Assembly: GCA_038087875.1 (NCBI GenBank)
Contig: CM075992.1
Span: forward strand, 12,712,001 to 12,776,000
Source: Malacoraja senta
Lineage: Eukaryota
Direction: 5' to 3'
Length of the DNA: 64,000 nucleotides
A program made the translations under genes and the position numbers. Numbering within the stretch: position 1 is the first letter of the stretch; every line of letters begins with the position of its first letter. Below, piece by piece: positions 1 to 12,229 of the stretch. The notes beneath the pieces are model-generated. The model worked only from the letters and a program-made list of their open reading frames with translations. It made no database searches and had not been told where the DNA came from.

Positions 1-1013
1 GACGTCCCTTGTCAGCCACGGTCACCCCTTACTCCCCTTGGAATCTTTCTTCCTCTTTGAATGAACGGATCCTGCACCTTCTGTATTATTCCCAGAAATA
101 CCTTCCATTATTTTCCACTGTCATCCCTGCTAGGGTATCTTTCCAGTCAACTTTGGCCAGATCCTCTCTCATGGCTCCATAGTCCCCTTTATTCAATTGT
201 AACACTGACACCTCCAATCTACCCTTCTCCCTTTCCAATTGTAGATTAAACTAGACCATATTATGGTCACTACCTCCTAATGGCTCCTTAACCTCAAGTT
301 CCTTTATCAAATCCGGTTCATTACATAACACTAAATCCAGAATTGCATTCTCCCTGGTAGGATCCAATACAAGCTACTGTAAGAATCCATCACAGAGACA
401 CTCCACATACACCCTTTCTTGGGGTCCAGTTGCAACCTGATTTTCCCAGTCTACCTGCATGTTGAAATCTCCCATAACATCTGTAGCATTACCTTTACGA
501 CATGCCAATTTTAATAGTAAGATTAAATGAGAACTTATCAGTTTGAAGTTTGATCTTTATTTTATGAGGAGTAACGTCGAGGGATTACGTGAAGAAGACC
601 CCGTCCAGCCGCACACGCGTCAATCTTCAAAGCATTGGAGTGAAAATCACAGACGATAATTATTGAAGTATGATAATAAAATGCATAAAAACTAGAAGTT
701 CCAGCTCGATCCTTTTATGAGGGTGGGAGCGGAGGGCACGTAATCCCTCAACATTACTCCTCATAAAATAAAGATAAAACTTCAAACTGGTAAGTTCTCG
801 TTTAATCTTACTATTTTACTTCGGAGTCACGTGAGTGACTACGTGAAGATTTCAAAGCTCTGTGATTTCACACCGTGGATTAAAATCCAGGTGCTCTCTG
901 CACTGATTGACTCTATTGAGTAAGCACAATCAACAATGCATAACCACAACATTAAATGTAATCAGTTAATGGTTTTATTTATTTTAACAAAAGTAACAAA
1001 AGTAACCCATTTA

Positions 1014-2010
1014 TCATAATGGGGGATTTAATACTGAATCCAGCACGGCATCACCAAACACCCCGGGATCTTTAATCTCCTTATGGTAATACTTGTGAAA
1101 CATCTGTTCACTTGCCCATCCTGCGGCCGCGAGGATAAGGTCTATTGGAACGTCTGAATCCCTGGCCGCCGATGTTGATGCCGCCCTGGTGGAATGAGAT
1201 TTAAATTTATCAGTATCAATACCTGAATAAATCAACACCTGTTTCAACCATCTTGAAATTGTCTGTGTTGACACTTTCTTATGAGGACTTCTATGACTAA
1301 TAAAAAATGCTAATTCTGTGCCTCTTAAGATTCTGGTTGTTTCCATGTAACATCTTACATATGTTACTACACATAGCTGTGGATCCGTAGGATATGCTGA
1401 AAACTCCAACTTACATCCCGTGAACCCAGGTCCACTTTGTTTCAGTAAATCATAGACATAGAATGTAACGGCCTCTGCCCCTACTTTCATTCTGTCAATT
1501 CTTAATTTCTGTAATGTTTGAACTCTCTGGGCTGAAACTAATGCCATCAGCATAACAAATTTCATGGTGATTTTGGCTAATGACAGAGTTTCAATAGGAT
1601 TCCAGTCCCTCAGCAGCATCAGTACATCTTTTACATTCCAGATTTCTGGATACCTAGGTCGAGGAGGATTGGAGTTGAAAATTCCCTTCATAAACCTACA
1701 GACTCAAGGATGTGATCCTATTGGATTTTGTTCTGATTCACTGCTTAAATATGCAGAGAGTGCACTTTGTGCAGTATTGATTGCACTATAACTTAATTTT
1801 AATTTGTAGTAAAGAGTTGAAAGAAACTCTAATACATCTGAAATTTCTGCTGTGTTATATGCAATATTCTTCCTGAACAAAACACCTCCCATTTCTTTAT
1901 ATAAGAAATGTACTGTTTCTGGGTACTATTCCTCCAGTCCGCTTTCATAACATCCACCGTACGGTCTGATAATCCTCTTCCAAGATATGGCCTTTTCAGA
2001 ATCTGCAAAT
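1014..2010 (-). pseudogene. DIRS tyrosine recombinase (YR), split N-terminus
   Basis: ORF 1014-1691 has AQR, SHSTRAAS (HxxR) and AGW..FHKYY; N-terminal pieces lie in ORF 1704-1892 and upstream, separated by stops or frameshifts. Confidence 0.9.
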
Positions 2011-2047
2011 CAACAAACCAATACGATCATGTAAAGGATGTGGTTCA

Positions 2048-3935
2048 TTAGTTACAGGGTTTACAAGCATTTTCACCTGCTTTGGAATCCCCATAAGGGG
2101 TTCTTTGATTATGTTTAACACCAGTGGGTACCATAGCTGTAGGCCAATCTGGTACCACCAAAATCCCCGAGGCCGAGTCCTGTTTAATTTTCTGTATGCA
2201 TCTATTGATTAAACAAAATGGAGGAAATGCATACAGAAACATACCACCCCAATGTAGCGAGAAAGCATCCACCACTACTGCACCTGGATCAGGTTCCCAT
2301 GACACATACTTAGGCAATTGGTGGTTTAGTCTTGATGCAAAGAAATCAATCTCTGGCATTCCAAATTGTGTTACAATTTGCTTAAATATTTCCTGATGTA
2401 ACATCCATTCTGTATTATCATTAAATTTACGTGATCTTTTGTCTGCAATTATGTTAAATTTTCCTGGTAAATATATTGCTGACAGCCAGATTTTCCTGGC
2501 AATACACCAGGTCCAAATTTCATTTGCCAATCTATCACATGATTCTGATTTGATACCACCCATGTGATTTATGTATGCTACAGCTGTAGTATTGTCAACC
2601 TGTACCTGAACATGCACATTTCCCATATTAGTGCAAGAAGCTTTAAGGCCATAAAATGCTCCTAACAGCTCTAGGTAATTGATTCCCTGATTTTCCAGCA
2701 AAGGTACTTCATTCACATTCCACCTACCTCCACAGCTGGAAATCATGTTAGTTGTGCCCCATCCAAGAGCACTTACATCAGTCTGTAGAATGACGGAAGG
2801 TGTTTCTACCAGAACTTTTCTGGAAGCATTAGAGACATTGTTAATCCACCATTCTATTTCTGTAATGGATCCAACTGTCAATTTCATGGGCCTGTCAAAA
2901 TGCCCTGTATTCATTTTAATGCTTGTACCTTAGCCCTCTGTAAACATTGATAATGCAATGGTCCAAACCTTACAGCTGGAAACCCAGCAATTAATTTGCC
3001 CAGTAAGCTTGCCACAACTCTAATTGAAGGCTTGTCCTCGTTTATGAGTTTAGTGCAACCTTGAATTAATTGCAGCCTTTTCTCTTTTGGTAGGTGATTA
3101 CCATGTGTTCAGAGTTAATTGTGAACTCTAGGTAATCAATCTTCTTGCTTGGTAACAATTTTGATTTTTGTAGGTGAATAATGAAACCCATTTTTTCAAA
3201 AATGTACTTGACTCTAGATACTGACAATTTTGCAGCAGCCAAAGTGTCCTCCACAATCAGAATATCATCTAAATAAGCCATTAATACATGGCCCTCAGCT
3301 CTCAGCAGAGCTAAAATTGGTTTGAGTAATTTAGTGAATAATCTTGGTGCTGAAGTCAGACCATTGGACAATGCTTTAAATTGCCATAACTGACTCATCC
3401 ATCTAAATTTCACATATCTTTGATCATTACCATGCATTGCTACAGAATAATATGCATCTTGCAGATCTATGCTTGCCATGGAGCAATTCTTTGTGACCAG
3501 CTGAATGGCATTAGTAAATGTTTCCATTTTGAAATGTTTATATTGTACATAAAGGTTAAGACTTGTCAGATCCAAAATGATTCTACATCCACCATCCTTT
3601 TTTGTTCTAGGAAAAATATTTGACACAAACTGATGGTGTTGTTCTACTGACTTTTTTATTACCCCTTTTTCGCATAAAATTTTAAATTCTCCCTTGATCA
3701 ACTTATTCTCTTCCTTTGAGAAAATCCGTGACCTGTTTGAATTATGCTGAATTGGAGGATCCAAATGTGGACAGAACTCAATTTTGAATCCAACAATGCT
3801 ACATAGAATAAGTGAATCATTTGTTATTAATTGCCATTCGTTTAGGAAGAATCGTAACCTTCCCCCTATTTGTGAGTGTGAAACATTTGTTGTGTTACTT
3901 ACCAGACCAGGGCCCCCTACCTTGGGGTTTGCCAC
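2048..3935 (-). pseudogene. DIRS pol: RT - RNase H - dam-like methyltransferase (frameshifted)
   Basis: RIILDL, IDLQDAYY, GLTSAPRLFTK, AYLDD; RNase H QTD..GWG, INYLEL, DNTTAVAYIN, HLPG-like ..ADKRSR; MT IDFFAS..DAFSLHW..YAFPPF. Confidence 0.9.
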
Positions 3936-5377
3936 CTAGTAGGCACATTGTAACCTCCACATATCCCCGGTGCAGCACGCCAACGTGTATATGAGAATGA
4001 TCGGCTTGTTCCTTCTCCAGCACCAGCATTCCGCCTGTAGGGATACTGCTCAGCATAGGTGGCTTCATCATCATACCACTCATGGTCTTTGACTCTTCAT
4101 TTAAGTCCTTTAGCTTCTTTGGTAGATTTTCTCCAAAAAGCAGATTTGGCATTTGTATATTGGATGGTTTGCAGAGCCCTGCATACTTAGGATGAATATT
4201 TGGTCTTATTGCATTTTTACAAATACAATTTATTTCAAAGTGTGCACTACACATGAGTGCTAAGGCATCTTGTTGTGAATCCGATATAAAATCTTCATCC
4301 AATCCCCTGGCGAACGCCGTAATGCCTGACCCCGGCAATTTCAGCACTGGTTGTAATTTAAATTCTTGTGAGCGTAAACCAATGCTCAAATAACCCCATA
4401 TCAAGTTATTCACTGCTGGAACTGCTAGCAATTCACAATTTTCCGGGGTCTCATACTTTTTAATAGTTTCATCCACAGTTAATTCCTGGAGCTGATGGGA
4501 GAGCAGATAATTTATAGTCATAGCTATTTTTTTCTCTCAAAGGTTCTCCTGTTACTCTGGGAACAGCAAACTTTTGTGCCAGCCCTGGAACTTTTAGCTC
4601 TGATAATGGGCTCTGGTCCTCATATAAATCATCATCTGAATCTAGATGTTCCTCTTCATGTTGGGTAATTTCTGGCTCCCCTGTTTCAGGTAAGTCTCTG
4701 CCAGATTCCCCCTGCGCGGGCTCTCTTGTAGGCCCACGGATAGGCAGCCCTGTTCCACGTGCTGCTGGCGCTGGCTCAATTCCAGGCTAACGCTTCATTA
4801 TTTTTTCTTTTGACATTGTCGGTGCTGGCACATTTGCACGTTTGTACTGTCTTTGTTCAGACATTTCTAGTACTGGCTCTCCAGTAGGCCAGCACATATA
4901 TTGCCTATTTGCTGCCATTTCGGGCACTGGCTCTCCTGTAGGCCAACCACTGTAATGTTTCTGCACAGGCATTCCTGATGGCTCTCCTGTAGGCCACCCT
5001 TGTGCCTGTCCCATCCAAGGCACCCCTTGTGCTGTATCCTCCATTGGCCAACACGGACTAAAATCCTCCTGTGGGGGTTCTTTATAAATCATCTTCCCCA
5101 TCAGGAGCTCTAAACTTGCGACCCTTGCAGCCATTATATTTTCTGCCTGAGGAGGGTATACCTCCGGGTCTGACTCATCGGAGTCTACAGGTCGGGCCGA
5201 CTTTTGTCCTGCCATGCGCCCCGCAGCCGGCGGTTGAACGGCACACTCGACCGCAACGGGAGTTAATGGCTTCGCTGCCACTAACTCCTCTGACTGACGC
5301 CCGCTACCCTTAGGATCTTGGGGTTTACCTGCGGTGCATCCCTGGCCGCCTCTCCTTCCCCTACACCCTTTTTCCAT
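3895..5377 (-). pseudogene. DIRS gag-like ORF1 (interrupted)
   Basis: ORFs 4787-5377 and 3895-4521 (YETPENC..VPAVN..IW, LLFGE.L); similar to the copy-2 ORF 25437-25911; positioned 5' of RT. Confidence 0.75.
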
Positions 5378-7139
5378 AATAAACTTGTGTGGAGCTCCAC
5401 CAACAAGTCTGAGCGGGAAGAAAGTGCTCCTGTAAGTGAAAGTGAAACCACTTACCTTCTGACTTTTTGCTTTACTTTGCTTTACTCACCGCTTGGAGGA
5501 GCTCCTGCTCCTCCACACACGGTCATGAACGCTATGCGTCTGATCGATATGACGCGTGTGCGGCTGGACGGGGTCTTCTTCACGTAGTCACTCACGTGAC
5601 TCCGAAGTAAAATTCTTGATTCAACATGCGTCCTATATCCAGACTACTGTTTGGGGGCCTGTAGATAAGTCCCTTAGGGACTTTTTACCCTTACAATTCC
5701 TTAGTTCTAACCATACTGACCACATCTCCTGTTTCAATGTCACCCCTTGCAAGGGACTGAATTTCATTCCTCACCGACAGAACTATCCCATCCCCTGTGC
5801 CCACCTCTCTGTCTTTTCGACAGGAGGTATACCCTTGAATATTCAGTTCCCAGCCCTGGCCCTCTTGCAGCCATGTCTCTGTAATTCCCACAACATCATA
5901 CTTGCCAATTTCTAACTGAGCCTCAAGCTCGTCCACATATTTCTTATAATTCACGCATTCATATACAATACTTTGACCTCGGTATTCACCTCCCCTCTCG
6001 CACCGCTCGCAATTGGCCCTGACCTTACTCTCTTATCCCTTCTCGAACTTTGCTTCCCATTAATTCGGGAGTCTTTTGTAACTTTTCCTGTAGCCACTTC
6101 CCCTTCAACTCCATCTTTATACTCCCAATTTGTCAATCCCTCCCCCCCACTATTTAGTTTAAACCCACACGTGTAGCCCTAGCAAACCTGCCTGCCAGAA
6201 TGTCGGTCCCCCTCCAGTTAAGGTGTAACCAGTCCCTTTTGTACAGGTCACCACTACCCCAGAAGAGATCCCAGTGGTCTATAAATCCAAATCCTTGCTC
6301 CCTATTCTAGCCCCTCAGCCACACATTCAGATCCCCTATCTCCCTGTTCCTGTCCTCACTAGCAGGTGGTACTGGAAGCAATCCAGAGATAACCACCCTA
6401 GAAGTCCTGCTTTTCAGTCTTCTTCCTTACTCTGAACTCACGTTGCAGAACCTCCTTCCTCTTCTTCCCGATGTCGTTTCTGCCTACATGCACAACTACT
6501 GCCGGCTGTTCACCTTCCCTCTCGAGGATGTCCTGAATTTGGTTTGTGACATCATGAACCCTGGCACCAGGCAGGCAACAGACCATCCTCACACCTCGCC
6601 TTCCGCCACAGAATCTCCAGTCTGCAGCTCGGACAATGGAGTCATCCACCACTATAGCTCTGCCCGACGTCGATTTCTCTCGTCGAGTCCCATCTCTAGG
6701 ATTGGAGCCCCCGATGTGTGCCCCTGCTTGAACTGGAAGCATCATCTCCACCGACAGTTCCTAAGAGGGCGTACCTGCTTTCATTAGGCACAGCCACCTG
6801 TGTTGTGTCTCCTGCACTCCACGGTTACTCCGCTTTCTCACAGTCACACACCTTCGCTCTTCCTGTATCCTGGGCGTGACCACCTCACTGTAGGTCCTGT
6901 CCAGGAAACACTCGTTTTCCCAGATGGCCCTGAGGTCATCCAGCTGCTTCTCCAGTGCCTCCCACGTCCTGCAAGCATCACACTGTCTTATCTTACCCAT
7001 CATGTGTTCACCACGTCCTGTCCTCTCCAGCTTGTTGTGTAGTCTCGTCTCCTCAGCCTCCTTGCCGAAGACTCTTGAGCCAAAGACTCACACTTTTCTC
7101 TGAAGACACTTCCCTCACAAGGTCGCTCCCCTAGAGCAG

Positions 7140-8030
7140 CCTTACCTATATTGGCTGCGAGATCTTCTGGTTGCTAACTATTTCAACTCCCCTTCCCATT
7201 TTCCTACTCACCTTTCTGACCTGAGCCTCCTCTATTGCTAGAATGAGGCCACATGCAAACCAGAAGACCAATACCTCATATTTTGTTTGGGTAGCTTATC
7301 ACCCAGCAGTATGAACATAGAATTCTCTAATTTTAAGTAACTTCAACATACACTCCTCTGTACTCCCCCCTCTCCCTTTGTCCCCTTCCTTCACCCTAGT
7401 TCTAGTATGGTGCTGGTGAGATATTCAACAGTCGTAGATCACTGTCAGGGAATGGTGAGATATCTAAACATTAATGGCGGTTTCTACTCTCTAACATTAT
7501 TACAACATCTTTACATCCCCACTCTTTCCACCTTCTACAGAGACTGTTCTCTCCACAAAGCATTGGCTCACATCCCTTCCCATCCAAGCCATCGGGTACT
7601 TTCCCCTGCAACTGCATTCAATGTTCCAGATGTGGCCTCCATTACATTGGCGAGACCAACCGCAGACTACATGACCGAATAGTTATGTTCAATCTGCCAG
7701 GGCCTATTGGATCTCCAGGTTGTTAACCATTTTAACTCCGCTTCCCATTCCCACACGGAATTTTCTGCCCTGGGCCTTATACTTTGCCACAGTGAGGCAA
7801 CATACAAGCTGAAAAAAACCCAGTACCTTATATTCCACTTGAGTGTGAGTATTGAATTCTCCGGTTTTAGATAAGTCATCTACAAATAAACCCTACCCTT
7901 GCCCCAGCATTTTTCCACCTCCAGTCCCTGTGTCCCACCTGGATTTGTTCCCATTTCTCTCCTTCTCCCTCATGCCCCCACTCCGTTCCTTTCCGCTTCT
8001 ATTCCTTTAGTTGGCTTCACGATTGGCACC
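7140..8030 (+). mobile_element. Penelope-like GIY-YIG fragments (paralog about 30280-30860)
   Basis: CGLHYIGETNRRL and VANYFNSPSH..LIFCLGSL.PS.MNIEFSNF remnants. Confidence 0.7.
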
Positions 8031-11000
8031 TCTTGTGTATAAAATACATATTGTACAATGTCATAGAGTCATACAGCCCTTCAGCCCAACTGCCAACAGA
8101 TGGGAGAAGATGGACATTGTCTCCACAAGGATGTGCAGGGGCCACTTCTGCCTTAAATCCTCATGGACAGATTCAGAAGGCACATCATGAGGTTCATCAC
8201 TTATCACACTACCATATTCTACACCCAGTCCCACCTGTGTATGACTGTACCACACCCTCTACACCCAGACCCACCTGTGTGTATCACACCCTCTACACCT
8301 AGACCCACCTGTGTATGACTGTACCACCTTTGGTGAGTTTGTCCTTGAATGAGATTGGAAACAACACTGGATTACACTGGTGCAGATGAGATTGGATAAT
8401 ACTATACATGAATACAGTTATCTCACACACAAATACAACAGTTTGTTAAAAGAAAATATACCCGAATATAGAATATAGTTTGATAGTATTGTAGCGTTAC
8501 AGTTACAGTGAAAAAGTCCAATATAAGCAATGTGGTTTAGGGTGGAAGATCTGGATTACTCCCTAAATTAAAGGACAAAGGACACCATTTTTGGTGCAGT
8601 GACATTTGTGTTGCCATTTGCAGCACACCAATATAAATAAAACACAACATTAAAGAACTTGACATTAAACATAAAAACATCCTCCCACAATGGTTCCCAC
8701 TGTGAGGGAAAGCAGCAAAGTCCAGTCCTCTTCCTCTTCTTCACCCGTGGTCGGGGCCTATTTGAGGCCTCCGCAGTCGCCGCGACGGCGGCCGGATGTT
8801 TCAGGCCCTCTCGCCGGATGATGGAGCACCGGCGTCAGAGGAACACTCTCAGCGGCCTGGAATGTCTGGAACGGCCGCTTGCTGCCAGAGACCGCGGCCC
8901 CCGAAGTCCACAGGTCGTGCTGGTCGGAGCTCCAACACTGGCAATCTCGGCGAGACATCCCAGGCTCCGCGGTGTTTAAACCCAGCACCGCCCGCAGCTG
9001 GACGCTCCGCGACCACAGCTCCACGATGTTGGAGTCGGCGGTCCAAGCACTCCGGAGCTTACCACATGGCGACCCGGGTAAAGCATCGCCCCCTCCGTGA
9101 TGGTGCTTCAGGGCTGTGCCGCCGCCGAACCTGAGTTTCTGGCTTGTCCCGGCAGGAAATGCCGCTCCAGTCCTGCTGGTAGGCCACGAGGAACGGGGCG
9201 AAGATGCGGCTCGGAGGAAAGCCACATCTCCGACCAGGTAGGGACAGAGAAATACAGTTTCCCCCTCCCCCCCCCCCCCCACATCAAAAGACTAGACCTC
9301 CAAAATCAAAAACTTTTGACATACTAAAAAAAAGGGGGGAAAAGACGAACAGCTGCATACTCGACGGCACCGCCTCGGAGATCATAATCTGATAAGAAGG
9401 GAATAAGCTGTTCCTGTGTAGGGTGGTAACTGCTTTCACGCTTCTGTACCTTCTGCCTGATGGGAGTGAGATGAAAAGGGAGTGACCAGGTGTGACTGGT
9501 CCTTGATTACGTTGGCTGCTTCCATGAGACAGGGTGATGTATAGATGGAGGCTGCTCTGTGTGATGGACTGTGCTACATCCACAACTCTTGAAGTTGGTG
9601 CGAGTTATTGGAGATTTGTTGAATTTCCTCAGTGTCCTGAGGAAATGGAGACAATGATGTGCTCTTTTGTCATAGTTTCAATGTGCTTGGTCCAGGACAG
9701 GTTGTTGGCGAATATGTTAAAGACTAGAGGCATCATTTGAAGGTGAGAGCGGGAAAATTTACAGGAGACGTGCGGGGTGAGTTTTTTACACGGAGAGTGG
9801 TGGGTGCCTGGAACATGCTGCCAGAGGTAGTGGTGGAGGCAGATACGTTAGTGATATTTAAGGGGCTTTTAGGCAGGCACATGTATATGCAGGGAACGGA
9901 GGGATATGACTCACCTATAGGCAGAGGCGATTTGTTCTGGGAAGGGGAGGGGAAGGAGAGAGAAAGCAAGGGCTACCTGCAGTTAGAGAAGTTAATGTTC
10001 ATACCGCTGGGGTGTAGAATACCCAAGTGGAATATGAGGGGCTGTTTGGAGGAGCAGCACCTCATATTTCACTTGGGTAGTCTGCACCCCAGCGGTATGA
10101 ACATTGACTTCTCTAACTTCAGGTAAACCTTGCTCTCCCACCCCTTCCCCTCCCATTCCCAGTCCTCCCACTAGTCCCACTGTCTCCACCGACTTTCTTT
10201 CTTTGTCCTACCTCCTCCCCTGACATCAGTCTGAAGAAGGGACTCGACCCGAAACATCACCAATTCCTTCTCTCCATAGATGCTGCCTCACCCACTGAGT
10301 TTCTGCAGCATTTTGTGTCTACCTCCACATTACACAGCTACTGAGACAAGGTACTGAAGTGGGAGTAATTAGATGACATAGGATTTGTTTGTAATTTTCA
10401 CAAAACACAGAGCATATAATAATACAGCACAGGAACAGGCCCTTCTCACACAATGTCGAACACAATATTAAGATAAACAAATTTCCGTTGCCTCACATAT
10501 TTCAACATCTATATAAGGCTCTATTTGCTTATTGGCCACACTATTGGTTTGGGACCCAGCCTGGTGTCATATTTGTCTACATCTTCCCAAGTGCCGAAGC
10601 AAATCTCTCCACCAGGATACTAGTGACCCTCCCGTTCATGTGCAACCTGTCCCTCTTGTACAGGTCCCTTTCCTGGAAGTGAGCCCAATGATCCATGTAT
10701 GTGAAGCCCTCCCCACTGCACCAGCCCCTTCGCTACATATTTATCCCAGCCATCTTGCTGTATCTCGGTACACATGAAAATAATAAACCTAAACCTAATG
10801 ACTCTTGCACTGTGCTCACCAATGATGTCAGACAAACAGATCTCCAATTCTCTATTTTCTCATGACTGTTTTTTTTAAATATTGGTGTTACAATCGCTAC
10901 CTCCTGGTCAATTGGAACTGTTCCTGAAACTAACACATTTGCTGTTTTAAGGATCACTTCCTAAATTACTCCGGTATGCAGATACCGGGCCCAGGCAATC

Positions 11001-12229
11001 TATCCCTACAATACCCAAATTCCCCAATGGTAGGCTTTTATTTGGTTCCTTCCCTTTACGTGAACCCTGTATTCCTCAACATTTCTCGGAGATCATCAGT
11101 ATCCTCCTTTGCAAAGACAGTGCAAAATTCTTTCGCTAATTGGTTTGCTATTTCTGTATTCACTTTTTCCTCTATTTCAGACTGTGACCTACATTTGTCT
11201 CCATTAATCTTTTTCTTTACACAAATCAATAGAAGCTTTCGGTATCTTCCATAAAATATGTTCTCTGCTAGTTTACTTTGAAACTCAATTTTCTTAACCA
11301 ATCTCTGTTCTCGTTTCTTGAATTGTACGCTAATTTCAATCTTCAGGCTTGTTACTTCTAACCTTTTATTGTTCTCTTCCTTGGATTGAGTACTGTTCCT
11401 ACTTTCTTTTGATGAGCCTCCATTTATGTAACATTTTTACACAGGAATGAACAATTGTGGTAAATCATCCACTTGCTCTTGAAATGTCTACCCACTATTA
11501 ACTCTTTATGGCAGCAAACGAGACTCCAGAATGGTGCTTCCCTGGTGCCAGGATCCTGGATGTCTCTAAGTGGCTGCAGAAAATTCTCAAGGGGGAGGAT
11601 AAGCAACTGGTAGCAGTGAATGTCTTCCACAAATGACATGGGTAGGAAAAGAGATGAGGTCCTGTAGAATGAATATAGGAAGTTAGGCAAAATATTAAAA
11701 AGCAGGACCTACTCACCAGATTACTCCCGTGCCACATGTCAGTGAGGGTAGGAACGGACAGATAGGACAGATGAATGCGTGGCTCAGGGGGCAGATGGCA
11801 GGATGGCAGATACTTAAACCATTGGGATCTCTTTAGGGCAGACGTCACCTTTGCAAGAGGGACAGGCTGCATCTGAACTGGAGGGGACCTATATCCTTGT
11901 ACTCAATATCCACGTGCTACTCAGGAGGGTTTAAACGAGAGAAGCAGTGGGGCTGGCACCAGAGTAGTAGGTCAGCATGTAGAAGGATCATGGGTAAGGT
12001 AGAGGTTATAACCAGCCAGCCTCAAAAAAGGACCAATGAAGAACAAAATGACACAAAATGCTGTAATAACTCGATGCTTAATGTAGCATTTCTGGAGAAC
12101 ATGGATAGGGTCCCAACCTGAAATGTCTCCTATCCATGTTCTCCAGAGATACTGCCTGTCTTGCTGAGTTACTCCAGGTCTTTGTCTCGTTTTTCTGTAA
12201 ATCAGCATCTATAGTTTCTGGTTTTGACA

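Larger units (their letters stand above)
513..5613 (-). mobile_element. DIRS1-type tyrosine-recombinase retrotransposon, copy 1 (full length, frameshifted)
   Basis: gag-like, RT (YLDD), RNase H, MT and YR ORFs on the minus strand; 37-bp perfect ITR (586-622 vs 5550-5586); ICR at 737-849 complementary to both termini; interrupts a CR1 that is contiguous in the paralog at about 28820. Confidence 0.95.
1..7130 (-). mobile_element. CR1/HER1-type LINE, 5' portion (unit A), split by DIRS copy 1
   Basis: ORF1 SGNH-esterase-like (RAIVVDDSIVR..CLPGARV..VHVG) and Cys motif; ORF2 endonuclease (YDVVGITETWL) at 5691-5954; continues at 1-512. Confidence 0.85.

Noticed and set aside
1014..2914. Phage integrase plus Dam methylase as a sign of prophage or bacterial contamination
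   Set aside because: Both are standard domains of DIRS1 retrotransposons and sit with RT/RNase H, ITRs and an ICR inside a vertebrate intron.
8659..9327. Overlapping ORFs on both strands
   Set aside because: Expected from high GC content; no recognisable motifs or splice structure.
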